Positions 14,201 to 24,751 of a DNA stretch of 64,000 nt are shown here, piece by piece. The DNA comes from Haplodiscus bocki (taxonomy: Eukaryota), in assembly GCA_965655095.1 (NCBI GenBank), contig OZ296649.1, forward strand, positions 131,564,001-131,628,000, read 5' to 3'. Position numbers and translations under genes: made by a program. How positions within the stretch are numbered: position 1 is the stretch's first letter; the number at the start of each line of letters is the position of its first letter. The notes below the pieces were generated by a model. The model was not told where the DNA came from, did no database searches, and saw nothing but the letters and a program-made list of their open reading frames with translations.

Positions 14201-16354
14201 TATGGACGAAGATTTCGAAGAAAATTACTATTCTAGAACATCAAGAGGAGTATATAAAATTGGGCATGAATCTGTAAGACTATTGTAATGGATGGCTTAT
14301 TATGATAAATAGTATGAAAATATAAATTATTAAGCTTAAATGGCGTCTGTTTCATCAACTTTTACTTGAAATTTCTGAATGGTAAATTTTGTGTAGAGAT
14401 AAGGTAAACGATATATAATTCAACCCAAAGAAAATATAATATCAATAGATCGCGAAAAGCCGTAGAGTTTAGGAGCTGAATATCAAGTTAATAATGATAT
14501 AAAAATGAGACGAAATCAAAAAGTTTTTAAAAACGAAAAGAATGAATTGGAAATCAAATCTTACCCAAAAAAACAAACAAAAAGGAGAAAATTATCGATA
14601 CACCAAAATTGAAATTTTTGAATATGATCTGGTAAAAGGCTGTTGTAAATGTAAAACAATACGTTTGAAAATCAATTTCTAGAGAAAGAAAACGACAAAG
14701 CATGGATGATATAAACCAGAATGCATATCTTGTTGTTAATAGTATTATTATGAGAATTGAGATCGCTTAATTAAGAATCAGAAAGAATATAATTATGAAA
14801 ATATAGAACAGAAAAAAAATTATTATCAAGAAAACAAAGAAAGAATCATCAAACAATATTGAGTCTCAGAAAAATGAAAGAAAAATTGATTCAAATTTTA
14901 AAGTAACTCAACTTAAGAAACTGAACTCGTAACGCTTTCAAATCACAAAGTGTTAGAAAATTTAATAAAGCTTTTGATGTAATAGGATGCTTCATAAATT
15001 TTTGAAAAAATGGATCCACTGTCAACTTTATGGCGATATGACTATAGAAGATTATGGTTCTGTTTGATCGATCGATTATTGTATTCCTATATCATCATTC
15101 AGTCTATTAGATGAAAACGAAATGAGGAAGTGTTTTGGTTGGGTTATTTTAAGGCCTGTGAATTGGTACTGAGAACAACTTGAAAAAGGTAAAAATTGAT
15201 CAAAGATTATACCTATCAGAAGAAATGTTTACGAGCAAAATGTTTTAAGAATTAATATGAGCAAAAGGAATAAAACTAAAATCTTCAGCGCTGAAATATA
15301 TAGTAAGCCTCCAGAGAAAAAACGAAACCAATAAAAAATCTATTATCATATCGATGAAACATTTTGAAAATAAATAATATACATCATTATTCAAATTTTC
15401 CTGAAATTGGTCCTTCAATAGCTGAACGCGTCATTAGAACTATGAGGAGTTTATTAGAGAAACCTGTATTTGAAAAAGGATATAGTGAATGGTTAACTGA
15501 ACTGCCATTGGTAATCAAAAAGTATAGCAATACCATTCACTACTCAACGAAAATGGCTCCAGTTCAAGATTCTTTGAAAAGAATGAAAAAGCAGTGTTTG
15601 CCATTCTCCAAGACAAAAGAAAGAAACATGAAGCAAAATTTCAACTATGACAATTAATTAAGACTGCGGATATTGAAAAAACTTTCTGAAAGGGAGATTC
15701 AACTAATTGGTCATATAAATTATATACAATCACCGAAGTCATACACGATACAATCCCTAGCTATCGGACTAACTATCTACCCGAGAGATATAATGAGAAC
15801 CTATTGAGACCTACAAAATTAACCTTAGATGAAAACAACCAAGTATTGAAAAACCTAAATTTAATTTAATAAAACCCTACTTAATAAATGAATTAACCCG
15901 AAATTGAAGTTATTCAAAAGTATGCCAAACAATGCAAACATTGCAGACGAAACAAATCTTTACCATATGAGAATTAATGACGTGTATTCCATGTGATTAT
16001 AACGTTGTAAGAAGAGAAAATGAACTTACTAAAATACAACGTAAAAAAAATAAACTTCATCAATCGGTTGAAATATGCTGAAAAAAATGATGTTTTTGCA
16101 TAGATATATATAAAATTTATGAGGGTGATGATATTCATAAATTGTTTGAATGTTTATCGAGAATAACAAACAAGAAACTGAATATCAAAAAAGAAGTAGT
16201 TGAAAAATATAAAAATATGGACGAAGATTTCGAAGAAAATTACTATTCTAGAACATCAAGAGGAGTATATAAAATTGGGCATGAATCTGTAAGACTATTG
16301 TAATGGATGGCTTATTATGATAAATAGTATGAAAATATAAATTATTAAGCTTAA

Positions 16355-17116
16355 ATGGCGTCTGTTTCATCAACTTTTACTTGAAATTTCTGAATGGTAA
16401 ATTTTGTGTAGAGATAAGGTAAACGATATATAATTCAACCCAAAGAAAATATAATATCAATAGATCGCGAAAAGCCGTAGAGTTTAGGAGCTGAATATCA
16501 AGTTAATAATGATATAAAAATGAGACGAAATCAAAAAGTTATTAATGAAAAGAATGAATTGGAAATCAAATCTTACCCAAAAAAAAACAAAAAGGGGAAA
16601 ATTATCGATACACCAAAATTGAATGCTGAGTGTCCGAGCTGTAAAGGACGATAATGGATTGAATTTACTAGAGGTTAATATTGTGAATGTTGTCAATATA
16701 TTATCATTAAACCGAAGCTTCTTATGGATAAAAAATTATTTAGACAGGATAAGATTTTTTCTACGAGACTGCCTTATGCTAATAAAAAGATCAGAGAAAT
16801 ATTTTTTCCGATGGTGAATACAAACTATAAAACAATAGAAAAAACGGTTGATTAGTTACAGAATTCAAAAGGTCGGACAAAATTAAAATTTCATCAAAAA
16901 ATAAGTGATTATTATAATCAAATGAATTATATGAGACAAAGCAATACTCTTCAATTTGAAGAAGATCCTGTTAGTAAAAATGCTCAAGGTAAAGGTATGA
17001 TAATGCATGAAGCTTTGTTATTGATGATATTTTTACAGACACAGCCACATAATAAAAGTAACAATATGAATTATCATGATTTGTATGATACTATCATTGA
17101 AAATTTATCAGGTTAG
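16355..17116 (+). pseudogene. Zn-ribbon protein B, paralog of protein A; complete only here, while array units carry just its first ~270 bp
   Basis: One frame from ~16598 to 17116 with three stops: KIIDTPKLNAECPSCKGR*WIEFTRG*YCECCQYIIIKPK...FSTRLPYANKKIREI...KLKFHQKISDYYNQMNY...FEEDPVSKNAQGKGMIMHEALLLMIF...NMNYHDLYDTIIENLSG*. The 5' part from the ATG at 16355 is frameshifted. Confidence 0.7.
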
Positions 17117-17142
17117 GGAGGAGAAAATGAGATCTCAAATAA

Positions 17143-20100
17143 ATGATTTCAAGCTTTTTATGCTATATAAACGGTGACGCAAACTGGAAAATAGCCACAG
17201 ATGTGATATCGTAACATTGATGTTCAAAGAGCATCAGTTGCAAGACTTTTAAAAAGTGAAAAACATTCAAAAAACGAAAAAATTATTCCCACCATTTTTT
17301 TAATGAAACAAATAAAACGAAACCAAAAAAATTTGTAATCCTAAACCTTTAGAACAAACAGGAAGAGAGAATATTAAAATAGATGATAAAGAATTATAGG
17401 AAGAACTAGCTAACAAAACGAATAATCCGTATTACTTTACCCTCAAAGTTTTATAAGCAGGGTTTTATTTTATTTTAGATAGCCATCATATTAATCATAC
17501 AATTTCTAAATTAACTTTTACACCAAAATATTTAGAAATTGAAATAATTAATGTTAATAATATAATGAAACAGATGGCTGATATATATGCAAGAATTATA
17601 AATCATTATAATTTTGATCATCAAAGAGCGTTTTCAGCAAGATTTGTTAAACAAGATGAACAAGATCAAGTATTAGATGAAATGGAGTTATATATCAATT
17701 TGAATATTAATCGAAATTTAACGGAATCTGATATTGATCATATTGATGTTAGATCTCAACTAGGAAGCAGATTCAGAATCAAGAGTCAAAAGATAGTAGT
17801 TGCAGATTTGATAAATTTAATTCCGTGACAATATATTTCTATAAAATTATTGAATTGAATGGATCAGGTTTTGTAAAAACTCCTTTGAGATTTTGAGCTA
17901 TACTAAATATTGAAAACGATGATAAATATTGTTTCCTTTGGTCGATATTAGCTAGTCTGCTTCCTGGTGAAAATAGTCATCCTAATAGAGTATCGAATTC
18001 TAGACAATATTTTAATTAATTAAACATTGATGGATTCCATTTTACTAATGGTTTTAAATGTAGTGATGTTCATAATTTTGAGAAATTAAAGAATTTATCT
18101 ATAAACCTACTTGAACTAAATTTTTATCAAGTTGGAAAAGAAGAGAAGCATAAATTAATTCCTATTGAAATTGGTAAAAGTAATTCAGATAAAATTGTTG
18201 ACAATGTTATACAAAAATCATTTTGTTCTCATTAAAAAGTTACCTGAATTTTTAGGTAAACTTGATTCTAAATATATATGTAGACGATGTTTGAATTGTT
18301 ATACAAGTCAAAATGGTTTAATAAAACATAAACAAAGATGTGAACAACAGGAAAGAACAGCTCTTAAAACTTCAAATGAATCTCATCTATAGTGGAAAAA
18401 ACACTTTCATAAGAATCCTTTATATTTTAGGAGATATGCAGATTTTGAAGCTGATATTTATATTGATAATTCTGATATAGGAAATAAAACAATTAACATT
18501 CATAAGCAAAATCCAGTATGTAATGGTTATCATACAGTCTCTGAATTGGATGATGTTTTAAAAACTGGTTATCTTGAATCGCCTGTAGCATATGATAATG
18601 CAGATTGGTTTGTGGATGAATTAATCAAATTAGAGATTAAAATGAATTTCTTTTCAAAAACACTACATAAATTAAAAATAATTTAATGTTTGAAAAAGAT
18701 GAAATACTTTATAGAAATAATAATATTTGTCGAAATTGAGAGAAAAATATTTTCCGATCATGTTAAAAATCATTGTCACTTAACAGGCAAATACAGAGGC
18801 CCTGTACATAACAAATGTAATATAAAGGTTACACAGAAAAAAAAAGAAATTTTATTCCATTTTTATTTACTAGTTTCAGTAATTATGATTGTCATCTATT
18901 CTTCAAAAAAGTAGTTGATAAAAAGAATGATAAAGTAAAGTTTGATATTGTTCCTAAGACAAACGAAAAATACATATCAGTAACACATGGTTGTATCAGG
19001 TTTATTGATAGTTGTCGATTTCTATCAGGCAGTTTAGATTCCTTAGTTAAAACACTTGTTGGTAATAATCATAAAACTTGAAAAAAATTTTTTAAAAAAA
19101 GAAATTTTGGAGATGATGTTATTTTGAACATTGCTAATGAGATAGAAACATTGATTAGTGAGGTTAGATTTAATAATGATTCTTTTGAAGATTTAAGAAG
19201 AGGTTTTCCAGAAGAAATTGGTAAATTAGAAGAAGCTTTAAATAATTGTATATCTGAAAATGATCTTAAAGTATTGAAAACAGAATTTCCTGGTGAGTGG
19301 TATTATCTAAGTTAAAAATTAGCCTATCCTCACGAATATTTCAATAATATCAATGATTATCGAAAACCTGTTAACAATTTTAAAAAAAGAGACTTCTTCA
19401 GTAAATTGGAAAGCGAGTATCCTAATGATGAAGAAATAGAAAGAAATTATTGAAATATTTGATGTTAAAAATGGAGAAGAGTCAACAAAATTATATTTCA
19501 AAGTGATGTTTTTTTACGTGTGTTTTTGTGAAAGTTATAATAGTCAATTATTGAATTTGATATCAACTCATTGTATTGTGTAAGCTTACCAGGTTTCACC
19601 TGGTTATGTGGATTGAGATATACAGGAATTAATTTACAAACACTTCAAGATAAAGAATTATTTTTGTTATTAAAGAATAATATTAGAGGAGGTATTTCAT
19701 CAGTAATGGGTGATAGATTTCTGAAATCGGATGAAAATAAAAAGATATTATATATAGAGGCTAATAATTTTTACGGTTGGGCCATGAGTGAATCTCTACC
19801 TCATGATGAATATCAATTTGATAGAGAAAGTCAATTTAGAGGATATATTGAATACTCGTGATCATTCGGATGTTGGTTATTTCGTTGAAGTTGATTTAAA
19901 ATATCCAGATGGAATAATGGAAAAAATCAAGAAATTTCCCTTTTGTCCAGAGAATGAAGTCAGTCCTAGAGATATATTTAGTGAATATATGAGTGAAATG
20001 ATACGAGATAATTACGCACCACATAAAAAATTAAATTGTGATTAGACTGATAAAAAGATTTATCCAATTCATTATAGGATGTTGAACTGTTATTTAAGAC

Positions 20101-20997
20101 ATGGGTTGATAGTTGATAAAGTTCATGAGATAATTTCATTTAGTCAAAGTAAATAGTTAGAAAAATAAGTAAGCTTTAATACACAAAAGAGAAACCAAGC
20201 TGTAAATGATTGAAGATTTCCATAAGTTACTCAATAATGCTTTTTATGGTAAAACTGTGGAAAACGTTGGAAATAGAATTAAATTAGATTTTATTAAGAT
20301 GATAATGAAAGAATTTTTAAACAACAATGAAAAGTAACCTTCAATGGAATTCGTGAATCTTATACAAGGTATGATAGTTATACATTTGAACAAAGTTCTT
20401 GAAGTTCTTATAAATAAACCAGTTTACTTAGGCTTTGCTGTATTAGAATGGAGTAAATTGTTAGTGTATGAAACATAATATGATAGATTTCAACCATATT
20501 TTGGGCCAGATAATTTGCAATTGCTTTACATGAACTGTGATAGTTTTGTATTGAGCACTAGGACTCACTTGATGTCAGTCATTATTGGTGACTTACAAAA
20601 TCTTGAAGACTTATTTGACTTCAGCAATCGGAACCAAACTCATGAACTATTCAGTAATAAAAACAGAAAAGTTGTTGGTAAATTTAAAATTGAATTTCCT
20701 AAAAATATTTGGATAGATGAATTCATTTCTTTATGAAGCAAATCTTTTTTGTTTGAATGTAATAATAAAAACACAAATATTTTGAAAGTTATTTCCAAAT
20801 CTCGATCGAAAATTAATAAATTTGAAGAATATTACAATTGTTTGTTTGGAGGTGATTTTGAAAAAGAATGTGGTTTTTATGTAATTTGTTCAATTAATCA
20901 CGATATGTATATTCAAAAAGTATGTAAATCTACATTATGAGCTTTTGATGAAAAACGGAATTTTTTAAATGAAATTGAAAGTATACCTTGGAATTAA
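17143..20997 (+). pseudogene. polB: Protein-primed family B DNA polymerase (pPolB) pseudogene of Polinton/adintovirus type
   Basis: Motifs occur in the expected order across many stops and frameshifts. N-terminal: Zn-finger-like segment (~17200-17270), ENDDKYCFLWSILASL (~17930), YKNHFVLI (~18219), C2H2-like CRRCLNCY..IKHKQRC. Exonuclease region: ExoI YADFEA (~18440), EndoVII-like HCHLTGKYRGPVHNKCN (~18770), ExoII SNYDCH (~18885), RFIDSCRFLSGSLDSLVK, AYPHEYF. Polymerase: IRGGIS, motif A YIEANNFYGWAMS (~19755), motif B KLLNNAFYGKT (~20225), motif C YMNCDS (~20530), ending SIPWN*. The start position is uncertain. Confidence 0.95.
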
Positions 20998-23900
20998 TAA
21001 TAATGAATTGAACTTCTGGATTTTTTAATTCCAATAAATGGTTATAAAAGTAAAAGAAAAATTTGAAAAGACTAGGAATGTTGAAAACAATGATAAATGC
21101 AAAAAATATTTTTGACGAGGAGAAAGAAACGCAAGATATTTTAATATAATTCTATCTAAATCAAATATGTTACCATTGCAAAGATCTATTCAAGGCCTTT
21201 CTGATGATATATTATGCTTTTCTGTAGCTTGAAACTTCATTGATTTTGATAAACTAATCGTCTCGTAATGTATTCCACGTTTTTTTGATTTTGTTTTTAG
21301 AAACTAGAACCGAAACCAAACTTTTTGTGACCAATTTTCTCACCAAATTTTTCTCCGATTTGGTTGAAATCCTTCGTTGTACTTTTATGTGGTGGTCCAA
21401 AAATAGATTACAATGATTTATTTATTACGCAGCTGGAAAAAAGGGAATGTGTATGAATTTTTAATAGTTGAGAGCAAAGAAAAATGATGAATTTTCAATT
21501 TTTTCATCACTAGCCCTGTGTACCTCCATTGATACATAAAATATACATTAAAAAAAATTTTCATCATTATCCTTATGCACACCCATTGATACGGGGTGGG
21601 ACACGTTGCGGCTGGTGTCAAATGCGATATTTAACTACTCAGCTGCTATTGATGTTCAAATACACTTAACTGTTGATCTTCCTGCAAGTACTTTTTTCCA
21701 GGATGTTTTTTAAATTCAAAAGTGAATTTTGATTTGTTTGCTTCCTTGTGGGAGGCATTCTTGAGGCTTTTTTCCTCAATAATTGTCAAATTTTTATATA
21801 GAAACGAAATGGTAGATTCAAGGCTATCATATTTTTAAAGTGTTTCTTTATTGTCCTTGTCTTAATAAATTCGCCAGTTTAAGGCAGTTTCAAATCTTGA
21901 AAAATTTCAATGCTACCCTTTTATACTAACAGCGTCAACTAATGTAGACGCAAAAAGACGAATTTAGCAAATTTGACCGCGTTGAGAAGTTTATCTTCAA
22001 ATCTGAAGCTTTTGGCACATTACGGAGCGAGGGCTAGCGGGCACTTTTTGGCAGTGGGTGTCGCAACTACTTTTGGTTAGTGGAGAATTTCAGTAATCCT
22101 TTCGATTTTTGTGTGGATAAACGAGTACGTAAGTAGCTTTTTTATAGTTACGAAAAAATTTCTACCGAAGAGTGGGTCGATTCGAAAAGAGAAGAGCGTT
22201 TTAAGAAAAAAATTGTCACTGTAGTTGTCGCATTTTTGTCAATGCGTTTGCTAAAAATATAACCTATAGCGACTGGGAGGGAATAGAGCCCTATACTTGT
22301 GGCTTCGCAATCCTTTTGCCCGGGGCCACGGGGATACCATCTGAGCAACTGACAGATTTGATCAGATTTGTCTTGAATCGAATGATCAATTCTGTCAATA
22401 CAAGCGGCTCGAGAAAAAAGCGAAAATTCACGCGTCACTTGGGATTGTTTACACTCGCCGACTAGTAATGCTATCGCTCATGCTCTCGTGACAGGTAGAG
22501 AGAACCAGACATATTTGTGCTGGATGTTTGAAAAATAGCTAATATGCTTTCTATTCTGCCTTCTATTGCAGTTTTTTTTGCTACAAGTACATGATTAACG
22601 TATGCAAAAAGCGTTTTTCGGTTAATATTTTGAGAAACAACGTTTTTGGCAAAAAGATCATTTTTATTGTTTGAGTTGGTGAAATTAGCCATCTTTGCGA
22701 TTTTTCCGGAACCTTTTTTTGCTTTTCAAATCTACTCTGTGATTACGCATCAGGGTTTTTTAGAACAACCGAGGTAAATTCTGGAAAATTTTCGAAAATT
22801 TCGTTCAAAGCGGTGACTTTCGTGCTTTCAAATGCAGTTGATTTTTGAATTTTTCCATTGGAAGCTCACTTTTTTGCCTTCCAAATCAACTTTCTACCTA
22901 CACATGCATCGAGTAACGCGTGCTATATTGCTTGGAAGAGACTCCGAATTTTTTTGTCATCGCGCACTAATGTATCTTTCAACAGCAAAGTCCGACCAAT
23001 GGAATTCAATTTTATAGGCACATGCCTTAGCCTTGCTATTTCAGACATTGCTAGCAACTTTTCGTAACATCAGCTGGAGTGGTCAGCTACGTCAGCTTTG
23101 AATAGATCATCTTGTTGTCGTCATTTTTGCTTAACTTCGCTACAATGCTTAATCAACTGAATAATTTCCATATTCCGTCATTCGAGTGTCCACCACGAAC
23201 CTTAAAGTTGTAAAGTTGAGATTGTAACGTTGTAAAATTCTGCACTTTCAGTTAACCGCTGTTAGATTATCCGCAGTAAAGGTCAGGATTGTAAAGTTGC
23301 GAAATTGTAGCATTTAGCTCTATCCATTCATCGCCTCTCAAATAGCGCTAAAGTCGTTGAAACTGTAGTTGTAAGATTTCAGGACGTAACTGCAGCATCT
23401 TGCATGTATTCACCTTAAATTTAATGAGCCAGGAACAAGTTAAGAATATGAAAGGGGTATCACCCATTCTCTGGTTGTTTCTTTTAAACTTTTTGACAGG
23501 ATTTTGTGAGTCAGTTGGAGCTGATTTTTTTGGCGTAAGCAAAGGGGTTGAAATAAAATGCTCGGTATGATCGTTGTAGCAGTTTTGGTATATGCAAAGT
23601 TATTGCAAATTTTCTGTCAAGTTTTTCTCGGAGAATTCTCTGCTTATTTAAGAGAGTAGCATGATTGTTTTGGCTTCATCTCTTCAAGTATTTGAATATA
23701 TGAACAAGCATTGCCAGGAAAATTAAGCTTCATGAAATTTTTTCTGACATTTTATTAGCTAATATCAGCAATTATGAGAGCTCTCATTTCAAAACATATC
23801 ATTATTTTATATGTCACCTAAAATGGTGATATCAAAGAGCTTTCAGGATCTCCGTTTTACATACATTTTTCAAAATTTGTAATCGTTTGGTGTTTCTAGT

Positions 23901-24179
23901 CAGCGTGTCTGCGAAGTCTCCGCTTCGCCTCTGAGTTCATTTTCGAAAGAGATTGCTATATCTTTAATTGTATTATGCCTAGAGATATTTCTCCTCTAAA
24001 GGTGCAGAAATTGGTGTCCAAAAATGCTATTTCTATTCAGTGTGCTATGCCAAACTTTTGAATAGTGCTGCATGTATACAATTTGTTGGTGAATCTGTCA
24101 TCTTGTACTTTTGAAGCGGTCCTGGCTTTTTTGAGGAAATTTTTAGTCGAGATTTGTAAATGCTGTTGCAATGTTTTAG

Positions 24180-24384
24180 TTGGATCGCAACTGAAGATCT
24201 TTAAACCTCTTGCGACGCAGTTGAAGAAATCACCGACACCTATTGAGTCTGTAGCCAATCCTGCGGCCATCTCTTCCGTGAATGATACCACACAGTCTCA
24301 CTCGAGTCCTAGGCCCTCAATTGGATCTGCCACCAGTGGAGGCGACAGTGCAGGAGGACTCACTTTCAAATCTGATGCTAACCT
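24180..24384 (+). CDS. Probable internal exon of a host gene (Ser/Pro/Thr-rich)
   Basis: Acceptor atgttttag at 24179 and donor gtacgt at 24385. Open frame GSQLKIFKPLATQLKKSPTPIES...GGLTFKSDAN; GC higher than flanks; phase 1 in, phase 2 out. Confidence 0.65.
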
Positions 24385-24533
24385 GTACGTTTATTGTTTT
24401 GCCACTGATGCTATTATATGCCAAGCAAAATCATGGGCACATGATTCTAGTTTTCGGACATAAAATTTGGCTAACGAGATTTTTACTGAAGTTTCCACTG
24501 GATACTTTTACTGGGATGAAACTTCTTCTTTAG

Positions 24534-24751
24534 CAAACGAACGGATGCATTTCCATCAATTACTAGCAGAGTCATCCCCGATGAGGACCCTCAATCAGTG
24601 TACCATAACATCCGAAGTAGCAATCCCGGTGACGGAGCCAGTAGTCCTCAAGACAGCAAAGCGTCGCCCGACACTGGAACTGGAGCAAGCACTCGCCAAT
24701 CTTCGCCTAGCAAAATTGAACGTTTCAGTGTTACCAAAAACACCCCATATT
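24534..24751 (+). CDS. Probable internal exon, in frame with the previous exon
   Basis: Acceptor cttcttctttag at 24533 and donor gttagt at 24752. A phase-2 join gives LKRTDAFPSITSRVIPDEDPQSVYHNIRSSNPGDGASSPQDSKASPDTGTGASTRQSSPSKIERFSVTKNTPY with no stop. This is a different frame from ORF-track entry 24467. Confidence 0.65.

Larger units (their letters stand above)
1..16623 (+). repeat. Tandem array of a ~2,016-bp Polinton-derived unit: 8 complete units (500-16623) plus the last 499 bp of a preceding unit
   Basis: Near-identical ORFs recur at 1249, 7302, 9319, 11334, 13349, 15364 and at 1958, 3977, 5995, 8013. The unit junction is ...gatacaccaaaattgaa|atttttga. The last copy instead continues ...aaaattgaa|tgctgag at 16623/16624. 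Confidence 0.98.
1..21240 (+). mobile_element. Degenerate Polinton/Maverick (adintovirus-like) endogenous viral element; left part extends beyond the window, right boundary approximate
   Basis: Co-oriented, tightly packed, intronless, very AT-rich pseudogenes for a protein-primed PolB and a retroviral-type integrase, the hallmark pair of Polintons, plus accessory ORFs. Composition shifts to host-like DNA after ~21240. No TIR, capsid, ATPase or maturation protease gene was seen in the window. Confidence 0.9.

Noticed and set aside
1-16623. CRISPR-like or diversity-generating array
   Set aside because: Units are ~2 kb and near-identical, with no unique spacers, no cas or reverse transcriptase genes, and no adenine-specific variation.
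17143-20997. Alternative genetic code explaining the stops in the viral genes
   Set aside because: All three stop types occur along with many frameshifts and mutated catalytic residues, which indicates ordinary decay.
21000-21300. Polinton terminal inverted repeat or TSD
   Set aside because: No (AG)n/(AGT)n-type terminus is recognisable, and the other end is outside the window.
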